Of a stretch of 64,000 nt of DNA, positions 1 to 10,817 are shown piece by piece. The notes under the pieces are model-generated. The model saw nothing but the letters and a program-made list of their open reading frames with translations. It was not told where the DNA came from and searched no databases. How positions within the stretch are numbered: position 1 is the stretch's first letter; every line of letters begins with the position of its first letter. The translations under genes were made by a program, and so were the position numbers. This DNA comes from Cyanophora paradoxa CCMP329. Lineage: Eukaryota; Plantae; Glaucophyta. The stretch lies in NCBI GenBank assembly GCA_004431415.1, contig QPMI01000560.1, positions 310,001 through 374,000 of the forward strand, given 5' to 3'.

Positions 1-3000
1 CGCCCCGCTTCCCGTAGTACATCGCGCAGGGGCGGCACACCTCCAGCCGCCCCGCCACCACCCGCCCCGCGCCCCCGCCCGCCTGCACCTCGATCGCCAG
101 CAGCCGCCCCGCCGGCCACGGCCGCCCGCACGCCGCGTTCTGGCACTTGCAGAGCCCCGCCTGCTCGCTGCACGGGCGCCGTCAGCGACCGTTGAGGGCG
201 CCGGCGCGCCGGGCTCGCGGGGGGTACCCGTCCTCGGACTCGTCGTCGGGCTCGTGGGTGGGGGCCCACGCCTCGTCGGGGTACGCGGCGCGCAGCTCGG
301 CGAAGAGGCGCCGGTGCCGCGCCCGCTCCTCCCCCGCCTCGGGGGCGCGGGGCCGGCGGCCTCCGCCTCCGCCTCGGCCGCCGCCTCGCCGGCCTCCAGC
401 GCGGCGGCGACGGCGACGCACTGCCGCACGTTCCGGTAGAAGAGCTCCGGCTGCGAGGGGGGGTACGGGATCAGGAGGGGGAGGGGAGGGGAGGGGGTAC
501 AGGTCGGGGCACCTGGATGATCTCGCGGAGCTCGGCGTAGTGGCCGCTGTTGTACTTCTTGAGGCGCCCGAAGGCCTCCGACACCACCCCGGCCAGCCGC
601 CCCTGCGCGGCCCGCCTCGCGCGGGGGCCGGGGCGGGGCGGGGCGGCGGGCGGGGGCGGGGCGGGCGGGCCTGGAACCACTTGGCCTCCTCCTGGGCCAT
701 GTGGCGGAGCATCCCGCGCACTCGTCCCCGAGCTCGGCGGCCGCGGGGGCGAGGGCGCGCCCCAGGGCCTCGAGGCGGGCCTCGCCGCGGGGCTGGGCGA
801 GGGCCTCGGCGGCGGCGCGGGCGAGGCGCGGGGCGAGCTCGGCGGCGAAGAGGTCGCGCAGCTCGGCGACGGCGGGGCCGAGGCGGGCGGCCGCCTCCCG
901 CACGGCGCGCTCCATGTCGCCCTTGAGGCGCCGGTGCTCGAAGGAGAGGAGGATGGGGCCCAGGCGCACCTCCAGCCCCGCCCCCCCCAGCGTCTCCCGC
1001 TCCCGGCCCCCGCCCGGGCCCCCCTCCTCCTCCCGCGCGAAGTGGAAGCACAGCTGCCGCGCCGCTGAGGGGGGAAGGGGAAGAGGGGGGGGGTACGGGG
1101 CGCTACCTCGCGGTAGCGGTCGCGCCAGGTGCGGCGGTAGATGTGGCGGAGCTCGGCGGCGACACCCGCGGCGGCCTCCTCGGGGAAGAAGGCCATCAGC
1201 GGCCCGAAGAGCGCCTCGGCGACCCGCGGCTCGGGCTCGCCGCCCCGCCGCGTGCACGCCAGCAGCGCCGACCCCAGCTCCCGCTCGCTCGCCAGCAGCT
1301 CGCGGTGCCGGCCCCGCAGCGCCTCCAGCATGTGCTGGGGCGTGCACGCCGCCGCCCGCTCCTGGATGTGCGCCGTGGCCTCGGCGACGCGGGCGCGCAG
1401 GGCGGGGTCCTTGTCGGCGTCGTCCAGGGTGAGGGCCTTCTGGATGGCCTTGGCCTTGGCGCCGCGGCGGCGGAGGGCGCGCTCGGCCTCGGCGAGGGCG
1501 CGGCGGGCCTCCTCGCTGCCCCGCTCCCCGCTCTGGAGGATCTCCCCCGCCTTGAACATCTGGTGGGAGAGGATGGCGAAGGGCGCCAGGCACTCCGACG
1601 CGAGGCGGGCGGCGAGCTCGGCGCGGCGCTCGCGGAGGCGGGCGGCGTGGCGGGCGGCGACGTCCCCCGCGAGGGCCCCGAGGCCGTAGAGCTCGTCGGA
1701 GCGGAGGCCGGAGAGGACGCAGGCCGTGCGGAAGCGCAGCAGGCCCGCCTCGTCCGTCGCCCGCTGCCGCCCCAGCCGCCCCCGCTCCGCCGCCCGCCAC
1801 GCCTCCATGTCCCCCGCCTCCTCCCCGCCGCCCTCCCCCTCCTCGTCCATCCTCTCCAGCGCCGGCACCAGCTGTGCCCCGCCGCCCGCTCAGAAGAGAG
1901 GGGAGAAGAGAGGAGAGAAAGTGCGGGGAGGGGCGGGCGGACGCGGCGCTCGAGGGCGGCGAGCTGGGCGTTGTTGAGGCGCTCGTCGGGCTTGAGGTTG
2001 GCGCGCAGGGCCTCCCCCACGGAGAGCGCGAAAGCCTTGAAGCTCTCGCAGCGCACCCGCCGGTGCTCCCCCGCCACCTGCGCCGCCGTCGCCACGTCCC
2101 CCTCGTCCCCCGCCTCCAGCTTCAGGTGGTAGTCCACGTTCAGCCTGCGAGGGCGCGGCGGGTAGTCAGAGAGAGGCGAGAGGCGCGGGAGGGGCGCGGG
2201 GCGCGCAGGAAGGTGGTCGGCACGCCCGGCGGGGTCTTGAAGCGGTTCAGCAGGCCGCCGGGCCCCGGCTGCAGCAGCGTCTGCGGGGCGCGGTGAGGCG
2301 GTGCGGGGGGGCGACGTGAGGGGGCGGGTGCGGGCCGTCCAGAAGTCCTGGGCGATGGGGCGGAGGTCGGTGAGGAGGAAGAGGTGGTCGATGGGCTCGG
2401 CGAGGACGCGGCGGATGACGGCCGAGCGGTAGCGGTCCTGCACCCCGAAGCCCGGGACGTCGACGAGGACGACGCCCGGCTGGAGCAGCGGGCACGGCAG
2501 GTACACCTCCACCTCCTGCAGCACCGCCCACTGCACGAACGACGCCCCCGCCCCGCCCGCCCCGCCCTGCCTCCCGCCGGCCCCGGCGCCGGGGCCGCTG
2601 GGCGACCCCGCCGTGGTGGCGAGGAGGAAGTGGTGGAGGGCGGCGAGGGCGGCGTGCGGGGCCCCCGGGAAGACAACGGTGCGGGCCGACCCGAGGAAGG
2701 CGGCCTGGTCGGCGGGCAGGCGCAGGCGCTCGGGCGGGAGGCGGCGGCGGAGCTCGGCGGTGGTGGCGAGGGGCACGCCGCAGAGGTGGCACGCCTCGTC
2801 GATGACCTCTGCGTCCACCTCGGCCTCGTCGCTCGCCCGGCACGCCTCCAGCTGCCGCCGCGCCTCCACCAGCACCGCCTGCACCCGCCCCGCCGCCTTG
2901 TACCGCAGCACGACCGCCACCTGCTTCCCGTGCCGCAGCCGCGTGACCACGGAGGTCGTCACGCGGGGCGAGGTGGGCAGCAGGCCCGTGCGCTCCCGCC

Positions 3001-5523
3001 GGTACGCCGTGCGCGCCAGGGCCGCCCCGGCCTCGACCTCGGCGAGCACGCGCTCGCGGCCCGCAGCGGCCCGGGCTCCCCCTCCACCAGGCCCGCCCCC
3101 CGCAGCCGCGCCGCCGCCGCCGCCGGCTCCTCCGCCGCCGCCGGCCCCGCGCTGGCGCCCTCGCTGCTGCCGCCCTCCGGCCCCTCCTCGCGCGCCTCCT
3201 CCACCAGCGCCCGCGAGGACTGCAGCGCTCTCAGCTGCCGCGTCCGCCGCGTCTGGCGGGAACGGACCGTGTGGAGGGCGGAGCGGACGGCGGCGAGCTC
3301 GGCGGGGGTCGCCTCGGGGAGGCCCTCCGGGAACATCGAGTGCGTCACCAGCGCACTCACCGTCGTGCTCTTCCTGCGCACGCACGCGCCCCCCACGGCT
3401 CAAGAGCGGAGGAGGGAGCGAGCGGGGGCGCGGGCGGGGCGGACCCGATGCCGTTGTGGCCGCAGACGAAGACGGCGGAGACGACGGGCTGCTCGGCGGC
3501 CGCGCGGATCTCCTCCGCGGCGCGCTGCACGCGCCCGAGCTCCCGCTGCGCCTCGAAGAGGATCGAGTCGGCCTCGACGTCCCCGGCCCCGCGCCCGCCG
3601 GCCGAGGTCGGCGCCATCGGCTCCTGCGAGGCCGCCTGCGACGCCAGGAACAGCGACGACTCGTCTGCCGCCGCCGCCGCCCCCGCGTCAGCCGCCGCCG
3701 GGGCTCTGGTGGAGGGCGGGGGCACCGGGAGCGGCGGGGGCGGGGGCGTGCGGGGAGTGGAGGCCGGAGGGGGTGAGGAAGTTGTCGGAGCGGAGGTAGA
3801 CGTCCAGCGCCTGCTCGAAGTCCGCCAGGCACTGCCCCAGCGCCCCCAGCGGGTGCCCGCCAGGCCCCGACGACCCCGCCCGCGCCGGCGCCCCCGCCGG
3901 CGCCACCGGCGCGGCCTCCTCGGCGGCCGTCAGCTGCAGGGGGGCCTCCTCGCCGGAGGCGGCCGCGCCGGGCCCGGACCCCGAGGGGGCGGCGGCGGGG
4001 GTGGCGACGGGGACGGCGGCCGGGGGCGGCGGGGGCGGCATGCTGCGGCCCTCGGGCGGGGCGCCGGGGTCGGCGAAGGTGGCGACGGGGTAGCCCTTGA
4101 CGCCGCGGCGCGTGTAGACGACCTGGAAGCCGTCCGGGATCGATTCCACCGTCAGGTGCGCCGGCTTGCCCCCGCACGCCTCGTCCGCGAACCCCACCCG
4201 GTACCCGTCCCGCAGCTCTGCGCCCGGCGCGTGGGCCGGCGCGCGGCGGGGCGAGGGCGGGGGCGCAGGCACCGACGCGCTGCCCGAGGACGCGGCGGAC
4301 CTGCGGGAGTTCGCGGAAGGCCGCGAGGGCCTCCTGCGAGGTCCCGAAGGGGCGGCTCCGCTTCCGCCGCACGAGCTTCAGCAAGAAGGCCCGCAGCGAG
4401 GGCGAGATGGAGGGCGCCCCGTCGTCCCCGGGGGGCGGCTCCCATTCGTTTTGGAAGAAGTGAGGGCAGGGGGCGGCGGGGCCCCGCCCGAGGAGCTCCA
4501 TGCAGGTGACACCCAGGCCCCACAGGTCGAGCTGCTGGGGCCGCTCGAGCGCCACCCGCCCGTCGGCCCGCGCGTTGACGAGCAGCGGGTCCATGTACGC
4601 CTCGCAGCAGATGCGCGTGAACGAGGCGGCCGTGGCGAGCTCCCCGGGCTCCTCCCCGCCCTCCGCCACGTCCTTGGCCACACCGAAGTCCACCAGGCGG
4701 AAGGCCCCGCCCCCGCCCCCCTCGAGCATCACGTTGGCGGGGGTGATGTCCCGGTGCAGGAGGCCCCGCCCGTGCACGTGCACGAGCGCCTCGAGGCCGT
4801 CCTGCAGCAGCCGCCGCGCCTCCGCCTCGCCGAAGCGGGCGGAGGCCCCGGGCTGCTGCAGCGCCCGCTTCAGGGAGAGGCCCTCCACGAGCTCCATCAC
4901 GTAGAAGGGCGCCCCCGCCGCCTCGCCCTCCCCGTACACCCGCGGCACCGCCCGGTGCTGGATGCGCGCGAGCAGCCGCGACTCGCGCCGGAAGTAGTGC
5001 AGGCCCGTCTCCCGCTCCTCCTCCGAGTGGCCCCGCGCCATCCGAAAGACCTGCGGTGACGGCGGTGGCGGCCGAGCTCAGCGAGGCCGAGCGAAGCTAA
5101 GCGGGGGCGGGGGCGGGGGCGCGGGCGGGCCTTGACGGCAAACCGGCGGCTCTCCTCCTCCTCGGGCCAGGAGGAGAGCCGCCCCACCGCGATGTACACC
5201 TCCCTGCCCGCCCCGCCCGTCGGCGTGGCGGCGCGGCCGGCGGGCTGCGCGGCGCTGCGGGGGCGCACCCGAAGGCCCCGGCGTCCAGCTCGTTCGTGAG
5301 GTAGCCGATCCACGTTTCGTTGCCCTCGCCCGCCGCCCACAGGCGCAGCTCCGTCCCACCGCAGTCCCTCTGCAACCGTGGCGCGTCGCGGTTAGACGGA
5401 GGAGCCAGGATCGCAGCGCGTCAGGCAGACCTGCTTGCATTTGCCGTCCCTGTGAGGCCCATCGCTCATACGCGAGCACTTCGCGCAGAAGAGCTTCACG
5501 TCATCCGGCAGCGCGATGACCAT
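1..5523 (-). CDS. Multidomain protein: Zn ribbon + bacterial-type Ser/Thr kinase + dynamin-like GTPase + helical region + GATA-like Zn finger (3' end outside window)
   Basis: Spliced reconstruction from ATG 5523: MVIALPDDVKLFCAKC..GKCKQ|RDC; kinase GAFG, FAVK, HRDITPAN, DFGVAK; GTPase GHNGIG|KST, LLPTSPRVTTSVVTRL, LVDVPG; terminal CQNAAC..VCRPCAMYYGKRG. Exons from kinase to GTPase join in frame. Confidence 0.8.
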
Positions 5524-5935
5524 GGCTGCGATAGACGTCCTGCGATAGCGGCGCGCCACGCCCGACGGCGCGGAGTGCCACTAGAGAGCGCCTTCGCACA
5601 TACCTCCGCGTCGCGCAGCTGCGCTAGGCACGCGTCGAACTAGAGCTGCAAAGGCGTCGCCGGTCTTCACCGAAAGTGAGCTGAGGCGGGGCGGGCTGGC
5701 CCGTCGAGCACGTTCTCCGACTTCTCAAGAAGCGCAGCCGTCGGACCGCACGACCGCTAGACCAGCTGGATTCGAAACCGCCCGAAGCGGACGGGTACGG
5801 CACGACATCGCGCTCGCCGAAGAGCCCCTTCACTGCAACCAGCCGGACATTTTCCGGGAACCTTGATCACAACCTGCTGGCCGCCTGTAGCGGCGGCGCA
5901 GCTCGCTAGCTAGCTCTCGAGAACCGAGGCAAGCT

Positions 5936-7632
5936 ATGGCGGCCCCGTCCAGCGAGATCCAGAGGGCGATCGCGCAGGCGAAGCTCGTGCGCGCATGCCG
6001 CCGGCGGACGACTTGCGAACGCCGACTGACCTCCGTTGCCGCCAGGCCGTCGAGCTGGACCAGAAGGGCGACTTTGTGAATGCGATTACGAAGTACAAAT
6101 ACGCTTTGCAGCTAATAGAAGCAGGTGTGCACGTCCGGTCGATGCAGTCGCTCACTCGCGCTCCTGACCCCGATTGCCCGCGCGCAGAGATACCAAAGCA
6201 GGTGCGGAAGCGATCGCTTATCCAGGGTCTCCGCTCCGTAGCGCCCAGGTCGCCTAACGCCGGCGCGCCTCTCCGCAGACCGACCCGGCACGGATCCAGC
6301 AGCTCACAAGCTATGTGCGCTGCCGACGCGCCGCTCCCCGACGCCTGTCCCCGCTTCGGCCCCCGACCGCAGCCGCACGCGAGCAGATACAGGCGTACAA
6401 ATCACGGGTGAAGTTCCTCGAGGAGCAAAAGGAGAAGGATGCCGAGCAGCGGCTTTCTCAGGAGCTCGAGCGGCAACAGCTGAACGCGGAGCCGGCCGTG
6501 AGGTGCGGACCTCTGGCGCCTGCGCTCAGCGAGCCCTGCGCTCCCGCTGACCTCGCCCCCCGCGCAGGTCCCCGCCAGCGGCGGCGGCGGCAGCGGCGGC
6601 GGCGGCAGTGGCGGCGGCGGCGCCCTCGGCGGGCTTTAGGCCGCCCGTCTTCATGCTGCACTTCGAGGAGGCCCGCATCGTCGGCAAGGCGCGCCCGCAC
6701 CCGCGCCCGCCCCCGCCCCCGCCCTCGGCCGCGCCGCTGAGGGGGGCGCCGCAGCCGCCGACGGACAAGGGCCCGTCGTCGCCGCTGCACCGTCCCTTCT
6801 GGCTCATGGCGCGGCTGCAAGAGTCGATGGAGACCGGGGGCTACCTCACGGAGAAGCTCTACGTGCCGCGGGACCTCTGGCTCCAACGCGGGGCGAAGAT
6901 CCAGGCGATCCAGGCCAAGATGGGCTTCTGCCAGGAGCTCAAGGCCGAGATCCTGCACCTGGAGAAGGCGGCGGAGAGCAGAGAGCGCTTCCCCGAGGTG
7001 CTCGAGGAGTTCAAGCAGCGCGTCCTCCAGATGCGCAACGCCCTCTCCAAGGCCCTCCCCTACATCCAGGCCTCGGCCGCCGAGGAGAAGGAGAAGGGGG
7101 TCATGTCCCGCATCGGCGCCGCCATCGCGAAGAAGGCGGTGCACGCGAAGAACGTCATCCTCGCCTCCCGCATTGAGGACGACTCCGCCTACATCCACGC
7201 CCTCGTCGACACCTTCAAGCAGACCTCCTGCATCGGTCCCCGCGCCCGCCGGCGGCCCCCCTCGCCCCCCGCCGACGCACGGGGCCGCGGCGCAGAGGCG
7301 TGGATCTGGAAGTACGAGGAGCTGGCGAAGACGGACGCGGGGGCGCGCAAGGTCCTCGACCGCCTCGAGGTCGTCGCCGAGTTCTACTACCAGGTCCCAG
7401 CGCCCCGAGCAGCCCCCGCCCCGCGCCCGCGCCCCCCCTGCTCTGAGCGCCGAGCGCGCCGGCAGGTGGTGTGCAAGTTCGTGATGCGCGACCTCTCCAT
7501 GCTCATCGAGCGTGCGCCCCGCCCCGCCGCGCCCTGTTCGCCTCGCTTCGCTTCGCCTTCCTTGGCGCTGACGGCGCTCCAGGGTACATCCGGCGCTCCA
7601 GGGAGAGCCTCGTCTTCGCCCTGCCCCCGTAG
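5936..7632 (+). CDS. MIT-domain protein with conserved C-terminal helical domain
   Basis: IQRAIAQAKL|AVELDQKGDFVNAITKYKYALQLI and AYKSRVKFL (MIT helices); RPFWLMARL..GGYLTEKLYVPRDLWLQ; VVCKFVMRDLSMLIER|Y; stop TAG 7630-7632. Confidence 0.8.
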
Positions 7633-7821
7633 CCCGCGCCCGCCCCGCCCCGCCCCGCCCTCTCCCCAGGCCCTCCCAGCCGTCCCGCCCCCTCCACCTC
7701 GCTGGCCTCGGCGCCCCGCCTCCCCACGCTGCCGCGCCGTCTTTCAAGCGCATATACCAGACAAGCGAGCCGAGGGGAAAGCGGGTGCGGGGCGGGCCGG
7801 AGGGGCCCGAGGGCGGGCGCC

Positions 7822-9358
7822 TCAGACGGTGTAGCGGACGGCCTCGACGAAGACGCCGCGGGCGCGCAGGGCCGCCTTGGCCCCCTCCGAGGCCGCCGTC
7901 CCGCCCAGGTCCAGCGCGCGCAGGGCGGGGAGGGCGGCGGGGAGGGCGGCGAGGGCGGGGTCGGAGAGGAGGGGGCAGGCGCGCAGATCGAGGGCACGCA
8001 GGCGCGGGCAGCCGGCGGCCACGGCGGCCAGCGCGGCGTCGTCCAGCGAGGCCAGGCCGCCCAGCTCGAGGCTCTCGAGGCAGGGCCAGGCCGTGGCCGC
8101 CGCGGCCACGGCGGCTCCCGTCGCCCCCGGGCAGCGGAAGAGGGAGAGGGATCGCAGGGCGGGGCAGGCGGCGAGGGCGGCGATGGCGGCGGGGGAGAGG
8201 GGCACCCCGGAGAGGTCGAGGGCCGTGAGGGACGGGGCGAGGCGGGCGGCGAGGCGCTCGGCCCCCGCCGCGGTGAGGCCCTCGCACTGGCGCAGCGAGA
8301 GCGAGCGCAGCGCGCGGCACGCCTTCGCCACGGCCAGCGCCCCCTCGTCCGTGACCCGCGCCCTGCGCGGGGCTCAGGCGGGCGGGCGGGGCCGCGGGCG
8401 GCAGGCCGGGGCGGCGGGGCGCGCCTCCGGAGGGAGAGCTCCTCGAGGAGGCGGCAGTGGGCGGCGATGGCGAAGGCGGAGGCGTCCGAGAGGCCGGCGG
8501 CGCCCCCGAGGTCCAGCGCCCGCAGCGTCCCCCGCACGCCCCCGCCAGCGCCCCACCGCCGCGTCCGTCAGCGGCGACGCCGCCTGCTCCGCGTTGAGCC
8601 GCTCCAGCGGCGGCGGCGGGGCGCCGGCGGCGAGGGCCAGGATCGCGGCGTCCCGACGTTGCGGCAGCCGCGCACGTTCAGCTCCCGCAGCGCGCGGCAC
8701 GCCCGCGCCACCGCGCCCACGCTCGCGTCCCCCGCCGCCTCCATGTTCTCCACCCGCAGCGCCCGCACGTTCGGGCAGCTCTCCGCGAGCGCCGCCAGCG
8801 CCTCGGCCCACGCGCGCCGCCCCGAGGGCGGCAGCGCGAGGAGCTGCAGCTGGGGCCCGGCGAGGCGGATGGCGGCGACGGCGCTCTCGACGCTCAGCCG
8901 GTGGCACGCGACGAAGTCGAGCTGCGCGTACAGGTGCGCCGCCGGCTCCCCCGTGAGCAGAATCCTCCAGCGCCTGGGGCGGAGGCGTGAGGCTGAGGAA
9001 ACGTAGGGGACGGGGCGACGGCGGCGAACCTGCAGACGCGGCGCATCCGGAAGAGATCCGGCACCGGCGCCGCCTGGAAGAAGGCGAAGACGTGCATCAG
9101 GATCTCATCGGGCAGGCCAGCGACCTCGTCCTCGGCGTCGTCGCTGGGGGCTGGAGCCGGGCCCGCAACCGGCACCTCGGCCTGCGCGTCGGCCGCCACG
9201 GCAAACGGGTCGCCATCCGCATCCGCATCCTGCAGGTCGAAGCGGCTGAATGCGTCGAAGGCGCCTGTGCAGGGCCGCGCCACGCGCGGCTTCCGCCAGA
9301 ACCGCCCGATGCAAGCGCCCGTCGCCGCCTCCTCGCAGCTCCACGCCCGTTTGCTCAT
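7822..9358 (-). CDS. F-box/LRR protein (FBXL-like)
   Basis: F-box LPDEILMHVFAF..LFRMRRVCR|RW followed by cysteine-containing LRRs (CPRLRALDLRACPLLSDPAL, LRSLSLRQCEGLT). Confidence 0.88.
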
Positions 9359-9481
9359 CTTGAGCGGTTGCCCAGCGCTGCCGGGCGGTTGCGGCGCCGC
9401 TGCGCAGCCAGACGGGTAGGCAATTCGAGCTCACGCTGCGAGACGAACGCGGGACCCTCCGATCTTGCATCGCAGCAACGT

Positions 9482-10683
9482 ATGCACCGGCGGCGCGCGA
9501 CGTTCGTGCCGGGGAATGCCCCGCGCGTCGTGCGCGGCCCGTGGTCGGGCGCTGCACCGCTCGGGTTCCAGCTACCTGCGAGCGGCACAGAGCCCGAGCT
9601 GGAGATTCTCAGCAAAAAAGCGCCAGGGCACGCGGAGGGCGGGATCCTGCTGATCCACGGCGCATTTCACGGCGGTCCGCGCGCGCCGTCCGGCCCTAGG
9701 CCTCTATCGATTGCGATCCGCTGAACCTCAGCAGCGTGGTGCTACGAGGCATGGCTGGAGTACATGGCGCAGCGCGGTTTCGACGTGGTTGCTCTCTCGC
9801 GGCGCGGCCACGGCGGCTCGGGCCCGCACCCGGGCGAGGGCGCGCCCACATTGGAGGACTACGCGTCGGACGTTCGGCGTGCCCTCGTCGAGCTTGAGCG
9901 CCTCTCCGACCGACGGCGCCTCAAGCGCTGGGCCGTCACCCTCGTCGGCCACAGCGCCGGCGCGCTCGTCGCGCAGCACGTACGCCCTCCCCCTGCCGGC
10001 GCCCTCTCCTCCTCGCAGCCGCTCGGTCGCGAGACGGCGGAGCGCAGGTGGCGCGCACGGGCCCCGCCCCCTCCGGGCTCGTCCTGCTCTCCCCGCCGGC
10101 CATGTCCCCCTGGCCCTACCTCGCGGCCCTCCTCGCGGCGCCGCTGCGCTTCTTCGGCATCGTGCGGTCCTTCGTCACGCGCTCCTTCCTCACCGACCCG
10201 GAGGCCTGCCGCCGCCTCTTCTTCACCGACGACACCCCCCTCCTCGTCGTCGTGCGCTGTACCTCGGCCCCGATCTGACTGTACCCCGCCGCCGAACGAG
10301 CCGCGCCGGGCAGGCGGGGCACATGGGCCGGCTGAAGGACCCCGGACGGGGCAAGGACATCCGGCGGAGCCCGGGGGACGTGGACCTGACGCGGCCGCCC
10401 GCCCAGCCCTTCCCCCGCGTCCTCGTCGTCACGGGCGAGCACGACCCCATCGTGACCGTGCGCGGCGCCCCGGCCTTCGCCCGCCTTCTCGGAGCACAGA
10501 CTTAAGCGTTCTCTGCAGCCGGGGATGGCGCGGGCGACGGCGGGGGTGTACGGGGCGGAGGTGGCGGTGGTGCCGGGGGCCGGCCACGACGTGATGCTCC
10601 CCGACGGGGGGCCCGAGCGCTGGCGCGCCGCCGCCGACCTCGTCCTCGACTTCGCCCGCCGCGGCGCCCAGCACCTCCTCTAG
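9482..10683 (+). CDS. Alpha/beta-fold hydrolase
   Basis: ILLIHGAFHG|AWCY, SRRGHGGS, nucleophile elbow GHSAG, GEHDPIV, GHDVML catalytic triad. Confidence 0.88.
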
Positions 10684-10817
10684 CACAAGCTTACGAGTTT
10701 CAAGATGAAGCCAATGGAACGTAACAAAGCTTGCAAGCTGAAGTGCAAATGAGCAAGCGCTAGCAAGGGAATAAGCTCGACTCCTCTTAAACGTGGTTGA
10801 ATTGTCATTCGATGGTC

